A stretch of DNA of 61,934 nucleotides from Eubacteriales bacterium (GTDB lineage: Bacteria; Bacillota; Clostridia; Oscillospirales; CAG-272): positions 1-61,934 of the forward strand of contig JAZNJA010000059.1 in NCBI GenBank assembly GCA_045577755.1, read 5' to 3'. This document shows positions 17,393 through 26,556 of this stretch, piece after piece (the stretch's first letter is position 1; each line of letters begins with the position of its first letter). The notes beneath the pieces are model-generated. The model saw only the letters and a list, made by a program, of their open reading frames with translations. It did not search any database and had not been told where the DNA came from. The position numbers were made by a program, and so were the translations under genes.

Positions 17393-18256
17393 ATGATGAA
17401 AAGATACAAAAAACATGAAATAGAGATTGAAAAATATACATGCTCGCGATTGATTTCTGATCATGACAATAAAGCAGTGATTTCTCAATTTACATCAACA
17501 ATAAACCCTTCTATGGCGGCTCATTTACAACGAAAAGCGTGGTTTGAGGAACAGAACAATAAAAGAGCATATTTTCTCATAAAGGAAGGGAACAAAATAG
17601 TATTATACTTTTCATTGCAGTGTGGTTTGATGATAAAATCGCACGAAAAGATTATTCGCGGCATAGGTCATCGTGAATCGGACACAGGATATGAGTATTT
17701 CATTGATGATGACATCATTGATGTAACAAAAACGGTACCGGCTATTGAACTATCGCATTTTTGTGTTAACGAATCGTATCGAAGAAGAAAAAAAGAATGG
17801 ATAATCAATAATGGCCCTTTTAAATATAGAGTGGGGGAATATTGTTTTTTTCAATATATAGCACCTATAATCCTTGACATTGCGGACAAAGTAGGAGTGG
17901 AGTATATTTATCTGTTTTGTGCGGATGAGGGGAATAATAAATTGTTTGAGTACTATTCGTCGCTAAACTTTGAAATCATGGATGATATGGCATGCGTTAG
18001 ATCTGAATATGAGAATCGCCTTTTGTGTTTAACGCAAAAAATCAGTGATTTGAAATTTGCTACTGTAAAATTTATGGATGAGAAAAAAGCCAATGCAATA
18101 CTAGACTATTTGAAAGTACATAAAAAAATAAAGTGCAACAAAATAAAAAGCATCTTTGGGGTGAATAATGTTCCTATACTAATAGATAAGCTTGTTTCAA
18201 TGGGATTGATTGAACGTGATCAAGTAACAAAATCTGTGTATAGAATAACCTCATAA
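17393..18256 (+). CDS. GNAT-fold acetyltransferase-like protein with C-terminal wHTH
   Basis: PAIELSHFCVNESYR, VGVEYIYLFCAD...LFEYY..LNF; AT-rich; own promoter TTTACT-17-TATAAT near 17270-17298. Confidence 0.65.
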   Translation: MMKRYKKHEIEIEKYTCSRLISDHDNKAVISQFTSTINPSMAAHLQRKAWFEEQNNKRAYFLIKEGNKIVLYFSLQCGLMIKSHEKIIRGIGHRESDTGYEYFIDDDIIDVTKTVPAIELSHFCVNESYRRRKKEWIINNGPFKYRVGEYCFFQYIAPIILDIADKVGVEYIYLFCADEGNNKLFEYYSSLNFEIMDDMACVRSEYENRLLCLTQKISDLKFATVKFMDEKKANAILDYLKVHKKIKCNKIKSIFGVNNVPILIDKLVSMGLIERDQVTKSVYRITS

Positions 18257-18367
18257 GAACAATCACGATTTTAAGAAATCCGTGACGTATCATTACCTCT
18301 GTAAAGACAGATAGGCGCGCAACTCATTTACGAGCTGCGCGCCTTTTGACTTTATGAAAAGAAAGAG

Positions 18368-18412
18368 CCTCACTAATCCGCCTACCGTAAAAGTAGGTTC
18401 AAATTAGTGAGG
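18368..18412. repeat. Element-end palindrome (att-like; can also act as tRNA terminator)
   Basis: cctcactaat..cctac..gtagg..attagtgagg; near copy at 58263-58307. Confidence 0.75.
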
Positions 18413-18414
18413 CT

Positions 18415-18489
18415 TGGCTGGGATGGCCGGATTCGAACCGACGGATGCCAGAGTCAAAGTCTGGTGCCTTACCGCTTGGCGACATCCCA
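18415..18489 (-). tRNA. tRNA-Gln (TTG)
   Basis: TGGGATG...CCAGA-CT-TTG-AC-TCTGG...GGTTCGAATCC...CATCCCA-G-CCA; upstream TTGACA-17-TACAAT. Confidence 0.97.
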
Positions 18490-18636
18490 AAGAAATACCT
18501 GTATATTGTACCACAGTTTTCCGGTTTTGTCAATACGTAAAAGGCGGCATGGGAAAGAAGTTTTAGAGTTTTTCAGGTCAAAGAGAGCCATCCCGCGGGG
18601 TGGCTCTCTTTTTGCGGTCGGGTGTCGGGGGCGGGG

Positions 18637-19866
18637 TCACTTGCGCTTGATGGCTTCCCAGTACGCGGCGGCGGCTTGCTCGGTCTTGTTGGGGCCGGGC
18701 TCGTAGTAATTGCCCGCCAGGTCGTCGGGAAGATACTGCTGCTCCACGTAGTGGTTGGGGTATTCGTGGGGGTACTTGTAGCCCTTGAACAGGGGGCTCT
18801 GCAAGTGGAGAGGGATGCGGATGCCCTTTCCTGCTTCGACGTCTGCCATGGCGGCGTGAAGGGCCTCGTAGGCTGAGTTGGACTTAGGGGCGGTGGCCAG
18901 CAGCATCGCCGCGTGAATAAGGGGGATCTGGGCCTCGGGCATGCCCAACTCCCTGGCGGATTCACAGCAGGCGCGGACGATTGCGGCGGCCTGGGGGTAT
19001 GCCAACCCGATATCCTCGCTGGCGATGACCTGCAGACGGCGGATCAGGGGGAACATCTCCCCGAGAGAGAGCATCTTAGCCACGTAAAAGGCAGTCGCGT
19101 CGGGATCCGAGCCGCGGATGGATTTCTGCAGACAGCCCAGAAGATCGTAGTGGACGTCCTCGTTGAAGTTGCCCACACCGGTGTCGTAGGCGGCAACGTG
19201 GGCGGCGGTGATCTCGGCACCCGGCTCAAAGCCCGCGGTGAAGTAGGCGTTTTCCAGCAGCCCCACGGCGCGGCGGACATCACCGCCGGCTCCCCGGGCC
19301 AGGGCGAGTCCCACCTTTTCGGACAGCGTCGTGGAGGTGCCGCCCTGCCTGTTGAGGTGATCCAGGGCGCGGTAGAGCATCTTCAGACAGTCGGCGGGGG
19401 AAACGGGCTTGAACTCAAAGAGGGAGGAGCGGGATATGATGGCGTTGTACACGTAAAAGTGGGGGTTTTCGGTCGTAGAGGCGATGAGAGTGATGCGTCC
19501 GTCCTCCATGTATTCTAGCAGGGACTGCTGCTGCTTGCGGTTGAAGTACTGGATCTCGTCCAGATAGAGCAGGATCCCGTTGGCACCGAACATTCCCTCG
19601 GTCTGCGCGAGAATATCCTTGACGTCCTGGAGGGAAGCGGTGGTGGCGTTCAGCTTGTGGAATTCCATTCCGGAGTTCGCGGCGATGACCGAGGCGGCGG
19701 TGGTCTTGCCTGTGCCGGGTGGGCCGAAGAAGATCATGTTGGTCATGCGGCCGGCCTCCACCATGCGGCGAAGCACGCCGTTTTTGCCGAACAGGTGAGC
19801 CTGCCCCACGATCTCGTCCATGGTTCTGGGCCGAAGCGCGTCAGCTAAGGGAGCGTTGTGTATCAT
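18637..19866 (-). CDS. rarA: Replication-associated recombination protein A (AAA+)
   Basis: [46 protein letters not shown]. Confidence 0.95.
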   Translation of the reverse strand: MIHNAPLADALRPRTMDEIVGQAHLFGKNGVLRRMVEAGRMTNMIFFGPPGTGKTTAASVIAANSGMEFHKLNATTASLQDVKDILAQTEGMFGANGILLYLDEIQYFNRKQQQSLLEYMEDGRITLIASTTENPHFYVYNAIISRSSLFEFKPVSPADCLKMLYRALDHLNRQGGTSTTLSEKVGLALARGAGGDVRRAVGLLENAYFTAGFEPGAEITAAHVAAYDTGVGNFNEDVHYDLLGCLQKSIRGSDPDATAFYVAKMLSLGEMFPLIRRLQVIASEDIGLAYPQAAAIVRACCESARELGMPEAQIPLIHAAMLLATAPKSNSAYEALHAAMADVEAGKGIRIPLHLQSPLFKGYKYPHEYPNHYVEQQYLPDDLAGNYYEPGPNKTEQAAAAYWEAIKRK

Positions 19867-19929
19867 GACGGTTCCTTTCCATAGGGGGTAATGGGTCGCC
19901 GCGGCGGCCCCGGAGCTTTTCTATCCTTA

Positions 19930-19958
19930 ATTATACAGGAAGGAGGACTGTTTGTCAA
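19930..19958 (-). promoter_or_regulatory. Sigma-A promoter of rarA
   Basis: TTGACA-17bp-TATAAT on the minus strand. Confidence 0.8.
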
Positions 19959-20016
19959 GGGGGAGAGGGGGAAGAAAACAAGCCCGACGGCGCGGCCGTC
20001 GGGCTTGGGAGGGGAA

Positions 20017-22236
20017 TCAGTCCTTCTTGTCGTCGCTCGGACGGTTGTAATCAAAGGGATTCTCTCCGTCGTTGTTCTCGGGGCTATAGTCGAAGGGATT
20101 CTTTTTGGCGTCGGAATCACCGTTTTGGTCGGTTCCCTCACGGTCCTCGTGGGTCTCCTCTGCGGGGGCGGCCTCCTGCTCCTTGCGGGTCTTCTCGGCG
20201 GCCTTCTTCTTCTCGTTGGCCTCACGGGAGGCCTTCTCCTTCTCGGCGGCGATGGCCTCGATCATCTCCACGGTGACGTATTCGTTCTCCATAACGGCCT
20301 TGAACTGGTCGCCGTCCATGTCCTCGTGACCCAGCAGGTACTCGGCGATGAAGTGGAGCTTACCGATGTTGGTAGCCAGGAGGGACTTGGCGCGGTCGTA
20401 TGCCTCGGAGATGATGGCGTGGATCTCGTCGTCAATGACGGCGGCCACGGCCTCGGAGTAGTCGGCGTTGGAGGAGAAGTCACGGCCCAGGAAGACCTCG
20501 TTCTGGTCGGTGCCGAAGCGGCGGGGGCCCAGCTTCTCGGACATACCGAAGAGGGTGACCATGCGCTTGGCGGTCTGGGTGGCAGACTGGATATCCGAGT
20601 AGGCGCCGCTGGTGACGTCCCCGAAGATGATCTCCTCGGCGGCGCGTCCGCCCAGACCCATGGCGATCTCGTTCTTGTAGTCCTGCTTGTACATCTGGTA
20701 GCGGTCCGCCTCGGGACGGAAGCTGGTGTAGCCCAAAGCGCCTCTGCCCGTGGGGACGATGGTGATCATGTGGACGGGATCGCAGCCCACCAGGTAGCCC
20801 ACAACGGCGTGGCCTGCCTCGTGGTAGGCGGTGTTCTTCTTCTCGGCGTCGCTCATGACGTTGGTCTTCTTCTTGGGACCCATGATGATCTTGTTGAGGG
20901 CGGCCTCGATCTCGTCCATACCGATGAGGCTCTTGTTGTGTCTCGCGGACAAGAGAGCGGCCTCGTTTAAGAGGTTGGCCAGATCGGCACCCGTGAAGCC
21001 CACGGTGATCTTGGCCACCTTGGAGAGATCCACACCGGGCTCCAGGGGCTTGTTGCGGGCGTGGACCTTCAGAATGTCCTCGCGGCCCTTGAGGTTGGGG
21101 CGGTTGACCTGGATCTGACGGTCGAAGCGGCCGGGACGCAGAAGGGCGGGATCCAGGACGTCGGCGCGGTTGGTGGCGGCAATGACCACGATACCCTCGT
21201 GGGAGCCGAAGCCGTCCATCTCCACCAGCAGCTGGTTCAGGGTCTGCTCGCGCTCGTCGTGACCGCCGCCCAGGCCCGTGCCTCTCTGGCGGCCCACGGC
21301 GTCGATCTCGTCGATGAAAATGATGGCCGAACCGGCTTTACGAGCCGTATCAAACAGGTCGCGGACACGGGAAGCGCCCACGCCCACGTACATTTCCACA
21401 AAGTCGGAGCCCGAGATGGAGAAGAAGGGAACTCCCGCCTCGCCGGCCACGGCCTTGGCCAAGAGGGTCTTACCCGTACCGGGAGGGCCCATGAGCAGAA
21501 CGCCATGGGGGATGCGGGCGCCCAGACGGGCGAACTTAGTGGGAGCCTTGAGGTAATCCACAATTTCCACCAGCTCTTCCTTTTCCTCGTCAGCGCCGGC
21601 TACGTCGCGGAAGGTGATCTTATTCTTATCGTCGGTAGGCATCTTGACGTGAGCCTTACCGAAGCCCGACATCTTGGTGCCGCCGGGGCCGCCGCTGTTC
21701 ATCATCTTCTTCATGGCGAAGTAGTACAGGGCTACCAGAGCCACCGCGATGAGAATGGCGGGGAGGAAGGACACCCACCAGGGGAAGGCGTTGGCGGGGC
21801 GGATGTCGTAGCTGTCCAGAATGCCGACACCCATGCCGGCCTCGGCCTGCTCCACCGACAGCTTGTCAATGTAGGTGAGTCGGGAGGCGGAGATGTCCGC
21901 CAGCTTGATCTGCAGAGGTTCGCTCAGCTTCAGCTCCACGCCCTCGGGGACGGTGTAATCCACGTTCCCCTCCTCGTCGGTGGGGAAGGAGACAGTTCCG
22001 CCCTTGGTATCCAGGAAGTTCCCGTTCCCGTCCTTTTCGAATAGGCGGAAGACCAGGACTCCCTTGCTGTAATCAATGGTGTAGGTAGCAACCTCACCGT
22101 CCACCAGAGCGGCGATGAAGTCCGCCTCGGTGGTCTTCTCCTGCCCGTTGGCGGTGCCGCGATAGACCAGCGCGAATACGCCGATCAGCAGGACGGCAGC
22201 CAGCAGGTAGCTGAGAATGAGCTTGAAATTCTTCAT
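20017..22236 (-). CDS. ftsH: ATP-dependent zinc metalloprotease FtsH
   Basis: 2 TMs, [38 protein letters not shown]. Confidence 0.97.
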   Translation of the reverse strand: MKNFKLILSYLLAAVLLIGVFALVYRGTANGQEKTTEADFIAALVDGEVATYTIDYSKGVLVFRLFEKDGNGNFLDTKGGTVSFPTDEEGNVDYTVPEGVELKLSEPLQIKLADISASRLTYIDKLSVEQAEAGMGVGILDSYDIRPANAFPWWVSFLPAILIAVALVALYYFAMKKMMNSGGPGGTKMSGFGKAHVKMPTDDKNKITFRDVAGADEEKEELVEIVDYLKAPTKFARLGARIPHGVLLMGPPGTGKTLLAKAVAGEAGVPFFSISGSDFVEMYVGVGASRVRDLFDTARKAGSAIIFIDEIDAVGRQRGTGLGGGHDEREQTLNQLLVEMDGFGSHEGIVVIAATNRADVLDPALLRPGRFDRQIQVNRPNLKGREDILKVHARNKPLEPGVDLSKVAKITVGFTGADLANLLNEAALLSARHNKSLIGMDEIEAALNKIIMGPKKKTNVMSDAEKKNTAYHEAGHAVVGYLVGCDPVHMITIVPTGRGALGYTSFRPEADRYQMYKQDYKNEIAMGLGGRAAEEIIFGDVTSGAYSDIQSATQTAKRMVTLFGMSEKLGPRRFGTDQNEVFLGRDFSSNADYSEAVAAVIDDEIHAIISEAYDRAKSLLATNIGKLHFIAEYLLGHEDMDGDQFKAVMENEYVTVEMIEAIAAEKEKASREANEKKKAAEKTRKEQEAAPAEETHEDREGTDQNGDSDAKKNPFDYSPENNDGENPFDYNRPSDDKKD

Positions 22237-22546
22237 GAATGATTCTCCATTCCGCCGCGCGGCGGCGGCACTGTAGGGTTAGTATTTTTCTCCGAAGGAG
22301 TTGCCTCTTTTCGGAGAAATCCGACGCGACCCCTGACGGCGGCAGGTCTTGCCGTCGCGGCTCGGCGTGATCTCCATTTTTTCCGGATCCGGCCCGCGAA
22401 ACGGGCAGAATCGGTCTGCTCCCCGCCGTGCGGAGCCTTGGGGCAACCCGCCGAGGGTGAAAAAACAGCAGTATGGATAAGTATAACACACGACTATGAA
22501 TTTTCTATGAAAAACCCAACAATTTCGCGTGAAAAATTTTCGGTTC

Positions 22547-23116
22547 TTACTTCTCGTAGACCTCTCGCTTGAGAACGCCGACGAAGGGCAAATTGCGGTA
22601 CTTCTCGTCGTAGTCCAGGCCAAAGCCGATGACGAACTCGTCGGGGATGGTGGCTCCGCAGAAATCGGCCACGAACTCCACCTCGCGGCGGGAGGGCTTA
22701 TCCAACAGGGTGCAGGTGCGGACGCTGTGGGCGTTGCGGTTCTTCAGCAGCTGGGTCAGGCGGTACAGGGTGCGTCCCGAGTCCACGATGTCCTCCACCA
22801 CCAGAAGGTCGATGTCCTGCAGGTCGTCCCGCTTGAGATCCAAGGAGATCTTGATCTCACCCGAGGTCTTGGTGCCGGCGCCGTAGGAGGATACCTTCAT
22901 GAATTCCAGCTCCAGGGGCAGGGTCAGCCGCTTCATGAGCTCGGCGGCGAAGGGCATGGAGCCCTTGAGGATGACTACCATGACCAGACGGCGGTCGCTG
23001 TCCTTATAGGTGTCCTGGATCTCGGCGGCCAGACGGTCGCAGATGGCGGCGATCTCCTCCCGGGAGACCAGAATCCTGGAGCAGTCGTTGTAGAGGGCGG
23101 GATTGTTGTTTTCCAT
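22547..23116 (-). CDS. hpt: Hypoxanthine phosphoribosyltransferase
   Basis: LVVEDIVDSGRTL, FVIGFGLDY; tilS-hpt-ftsH synteny. Confidence 0.96.
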   Translation of the reverse strand: MENNNPALYNDCSRILVSREEIAAICDRLAAEIQDTYKDSDRRLVMVVILKGSMPFAAELMKRLTLPLELEFMKVSSYGAGTKTSGEIKISLDLKRDDLQDIDLLVVEDIVDSGRTLYRLTQLLKNRNAHSVRTCTLLDKPSRREVEFVADFCGATIPDEFVIGFGLDYDEKYRNLPFVGVLKREVYEK

Positions 23117-23148
23117 GGTATGTAGTATGTCCTTTCACGGAATTAAAA

Positions 23149-24582
23149 TTACATGGGAAGACGTGTCCGGGGAAATCCTACTGTGATCCGCAGACAGGGG
23201 CCGGTCTCGGGGGCGGGATATCCGTCTCGAAAGGCGGCGTTGGGGTACCATAGGGGGGATCCGTCCGAAAGACAGATGAGGGGAATACGGTCGCGCAGAT
23301 GAATGGGGATGTGCTTGTCGATCAAGAGCTTTTTCAGCTTCTTGTGCATCCCGTGGGAGAGGATGGTATCTCCCTCCCGCCGTCTCCTGGCGGACAGGGG
23401 CAGGGGAAGATGCGCGGGAAACACGGCGGAGGCGTAGACACCGTCCCCTCGATCGGGGGGCAGGGGGGCGTCGGCATACTCCAGCGTGACCGAGATGCCC
23501 GAGGCCAGGAGGGTGGTGCCCTCGGTCAGGAGCACGGGCTCGTCGGAAAGAGCGGGGAGATTGACCCCGTCGGCGGGGAGCATATACAGGAACTCACCTC
23601 GCACCACCGCGCGGATGCCGCCGGGCAGATCCAGCCCGGACTCGGGGACGGCCTTGCGGCCCAATTCCAATAGGGCGTGCAGGTGGGCGGAGGACAGAAA
23701 CAGCTCGGTCTCGGCGCCCCGATCATGGAGGCGCAGGGTATCGCGGTAGAGCACCATGAGCATCCGTTTGGAGAGGGAAGAACTGAAATGCTCCAGGTCC
23801 GACAGGGCCACCGCGTCACCTCCCGGGGCTACGGTGCGCCCCACGCTCTGCTCGGCTTGATACCACAGGCAGTCCTCGTCCTCCTCGGCGGCGTGAGCCA
23901 TACGGGCGGCGGCCCGCTGGGGGACGTCTCTGCCCGCGATGGCCTCCAGCTCGGGGATGACGGCGTGGCGGATGCGGTTGCGGGTGCAGTCGGTCTCCAG
24001 ATTGGTGGAGTCGATGACGAAGTCCAGCCCCAGCTCCTCGCAGGCGGCGAGGATATCCCGCTTGGTGAAGTCCAAAAGGGGGCGGTGGACCAGCTTGATC
24101 TGCTTGTCGGTCCGGTACCCCAGCATACGGGTGGCGGGGATGCCCCTCATGCCTCTCGTGCCGCTGCCGCGGATGAGCTGAGCCAGAATGGTCTCCAGGT
24201 TGTCGTCAGCGTGGTGGGCGGTGAGCAGGATCCCGATCTTTCGCTGATCCATGACTCTGCCGAAGAAATCGTACCGTGCCTTGCGGGCGACGGTCTCGAT
24301 GCTCTCGCCCATATCCTCGGCCATGGCGGGGATACTCACCCGCTCACAGACCAGCTCGATCCCCAGGCCCTCGCAGACCTTTTCGCAGAAGGCCAGATCC
24401 CGATCCGCTTCCTCCCCGCGGATACCGTGATGGAGGTGGAGGGCTGTGACCCGACGCCGCCCTTTCTCGCCGTCCCGCTCCAAAAGGGCGCGGACGGTCA
24501 GCTCCAGAAGAAGCCTGGAATCCGCGCCGCCCGAGAAGGCGACGGCATAGGAGGGGAAATCGGGGAGGGTGAAGGGAAGCAT
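23149..24582 (-). CDS. tilS: tRNA(Ile)-lysidine synthetase
   Basis: AFSGGADS PP-loop, HHGIRG, TAHHADDNLET, DSTN..RNRIRH. Confidence 0.95.
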   Translation of the reverse strand: MLPFTLPDFPSYAVAFSGGADSRLLLELTVRALLERDGEKGRRRVTALHLHHGIRGEEADRDLAFCEKVCEGLGIELVCERVSIPAMAEDMGESIETVARKARYDFFGRVMDQRKIGILLTAHHADDNLETILAQLIRGSGTRGMRGIPATRMLGYRTDKQIKLVHRPLLDFTKRDILAACEELGLDFVIDSTNLETDCTRNRIRHAVIPELEAIAGRDVPQRAAARMAHAAEEDEDCLWYQAEQSVGRTVAPGGDAVALSDLEHFSSSLSKRMLMVLYRDTLRLHDRGAETELFLSSAHLHALLELGRKAVPESGLDLPGGIRAVVRGEFLYMLPADGVNLPALSDEPVLLTEGTTLLASGISVTLEYADAPLPPDRGDGVYASAVFPAHLPLPLSARRRREGDTILSHGMHKKLKKLLIDKHIPIHLRDRIPLICLSDGSPLWYPNAAFRDGYPAPETGPCLRITVGFPRTRLPM

Positions 24583-24614
24583 AATCGTATCCTTATTTCT
24601 GTCCGCGGACGGGT

Positions 24615-25988
24615 TCAGGAGGGCAGCTGACTCTCGTCCGCCAGGGTGCGGAACTTGGTGTAACGGCCCACCCAGCCCATCTTGACGGTACCGGTAGAGC
24701 CGTGGCGGTTCTTGGCGATGATGACCTCGGCGATGGAGGCCGCGGCGTCGGAGTTGGGATCCGAGGACTCGTTGGTCTTGTAGTACTCGTCGCGGTAGAG
24801 GAACAGCACCACGTCGGCATCCTGCTCGATGGATCCCGACTCACGGAGGTCGGACATCATGGGGCGCTTATCGGTACGGGACTCGGGACCGCGGGAGAGC
24901 TGGGAGCAGCAGACCACGGGGACCATCAGCTCCTTGGCCATGAGCTTCATGGCGCGGGAGATCTCGGCGACCTCCTGGACGCGGTTGTCGTTGCGGCTGT
25001 CGCCCTGCATCAGCTGGAGGTAGTCGATGACCACCAGGCCCAGGTTCTTGACGCGGCGGAGCTTGGCCTTCATGCCCGTGGCGGTGATGCCCGCCGTATC
25101 GTCGATGAGAATGTCGCACTTGGCCAGCTTGGAGGTGGCAATGGCGATGTTCTCCCAGTCCTCGTCCTTGAGCTCGCCCGTACGCATGGCGTAGCTGTCC
25201 ACCATAGCCTCGGAGGATATGATGCGGTTGACCAGCTGCTCGGCGGACATCTCCAAGGAGAAGATGCAGACCGTCTTGCCGGTTTGGGCGGCCACGTTGG
25301 TACCGATGTTGAGACAGAAGGAGGTCTTACCCATACCGGGGCGGGCGCCCACCAGAATGAGGTCGGACTTCCCCATGCCGGCCAACACCCGATCCAGCCC
25401 TGAAAAGCCGGTGGAGGTACCCTGGGAGGCATCCTTGGCGGTGTTCAGCTCGTGGAGATGGGCGTAGACGTCTCCGATGACCTCCCGGATATGGCGGAAG
25501 TTCTTGGTGTCCTTGCCCTGGGCGATGGCGTAGATCTTGTTCTCGGCGGCGTCCAGGATGTGGGAGACGTCGTCCTGCTCGGAGTAGGCCACGTCGGTGA
25601 CCTCCTCGCAGGCCCCGATGAGCTGGCGGAGGACGCTCTTGTCCTTGACGATGCGGGCGTAGTCCTTGACGTTGAGGGCGTTGGGTACCACCTCGGCTAC
25701 GGTGCGGATGTACTGCTCGCCGCCGGATTTGGTATAGATACCCTTCTGGACCAGCATATCAATGAGGGTGACCACGTCGATATCCCGGCTGGTGAGGAAG
25801 AGCTCATGCATGGCGGCGAAGATCTGCTGATGCTCCTCCAGATAGAAGTCAGACACCGCCACCAGATCCGCGATCTCGTTGAAGGATTCGGGATCCACCA
25901 GCACCGCGCCCAGCAGGGACTGCTCGGCTATGAGAGAAAAGGGGAGCTTGCGTACCAGAGAATCGGACGCGTTGACATTATCGTTCAT
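24615..25988 (-). CDS. dnaB: Replicative DNA helicase
   Basis: GARPGMGKTS, FSLEMS, IDYLQL, SDLRESGSIEQDAD, AKNRHG. Confidence 0.98.
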   Translation of the reverse strand: MNDNVNASDSLVRKLPFSLIAEQSLLGAVLVDPESFNEIADLVAVSDFYLEEHQQIFAAMHELFLTSRDIDVVTLIDMLVQKGIYTKSGGEQYIRTVAEVVPNALNVKDYARIVKDKSVLRQLIGACEEVTDVAYSEQDDVSHILDAAENKIYAIAQGKDTKNFRHIREVIGDVYAHLHELNTAKDASQGTSTGFSGLDRVLAGMGKSDLILVGARPGMGKTSFCLNIGTNVAAQTGKTVCIFSLEMSAEQLVNRIISSEAMVDSYAMRTGELKDEDWENIAIATSKLAKCDILIDDTAGITATGMKAKLRRVKNLGLVVIDYLQLMQGDSRNDNRVQEVAEISRAMKLMAKELMVPVVCCSQLSRGPESRTDKRPMMSDLRESGSIEQDADVVLFLYRDEYYKTNESSDPNSDAAASIAEVIIAKNRHGSTGTVKMGWVGRYTKFRTLADESQLPS

Positions 25989-26042
25989 GATTTCCGTATC
26001 CTTTTACTGTAATGGGATCGGTGCGCCCTTTTGCGCGGGGAT

Positions 26043-26486
26043 TCAGTTGCAGACCAGCACGTGGACCTTGCCCACGATGTCGGTGTAGAGCTTGACGTCC
26101 AGATCGTACTTGCCATAGGCGCGGATGGGATCCGACAGCTGGATCTTGCGCTTGTCGACGGTGATGCCGTAATCCTTTTCCAGCTTCTCGGCAATGTCCT
26201 TGGAGGTGATGGAGCCATAGAGACGGCCGTCGGCTCCCGAGGAGGCGGGGATCTTGACCAGCAGGGTGTCCAGCTTGGCGGCCAGGGCCTTGGCCTCGGC
26301 GGTCTCTACCTCGATCTTATGCTTGATGGAGGCCTCCCGTCCCTTGATCTCGTTCATGACCTTGGCATCCGCCTCGATGGCCAGCTTGCGAGGGAGGAGG
26401 AAGTTTCTCGCGTATCCGTCGGATACGGTAATGACGTCATTTTTCTTGCCTTGACCTTTCACGTCGGCGAGGAGTACTACTTTCAT
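26043..26486 (-). CDS. rplI: 50S ribosomal protein L9
   Basis: [15 protein letters not shown]...[15 protein letters not shown]. Confidence 0.98.
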   Translation of the reverse strand: MKVVLLADVKGQGKKNDVITVSDGYARNFLLPRKLAIEADAKVMNEIKGREASIKHKIEVETAEAKALAAKLDTLLVKIPASSGADGRLYGSITSKDIAEKLEKDYGITVDKRKIQLSDPIRAYGKYDLDVKLYTDIVGKVHVLVCN

Positions 26487-26556
26487 GGTGCTTGATTTCC
26501 TTTCTGTAATGGGGTTATGGCATCGCGGCGCATCGTGGCTCCGCGGGGATGGTTAC

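Larger units (their letters stand above)
1..18412. mobile_element. Integrated element / genomic island (right part), ending at tRNA-Gln 3' end
   Basis: Visibly lower GC than the core genes right of 18.6 kb. Carries ArdA/PcfJ/PcfK-like genes typical of conjugative elements. Ends at a palindrome abutting the tRNA CCA. Left boundary and integrase are not in the window. Confidence 0.85.

Noticed and set aside
1..18412. Prophage, retron, DGR or IS element
   Set aside because: No structural phage genes, reverse transcriptase or transposase motifs seen
18407..18706. ORF 18407..18706 (and 58302..58760, 58307..58576, 58408..58593)
   Set aside because: These are translations across tRNA genes
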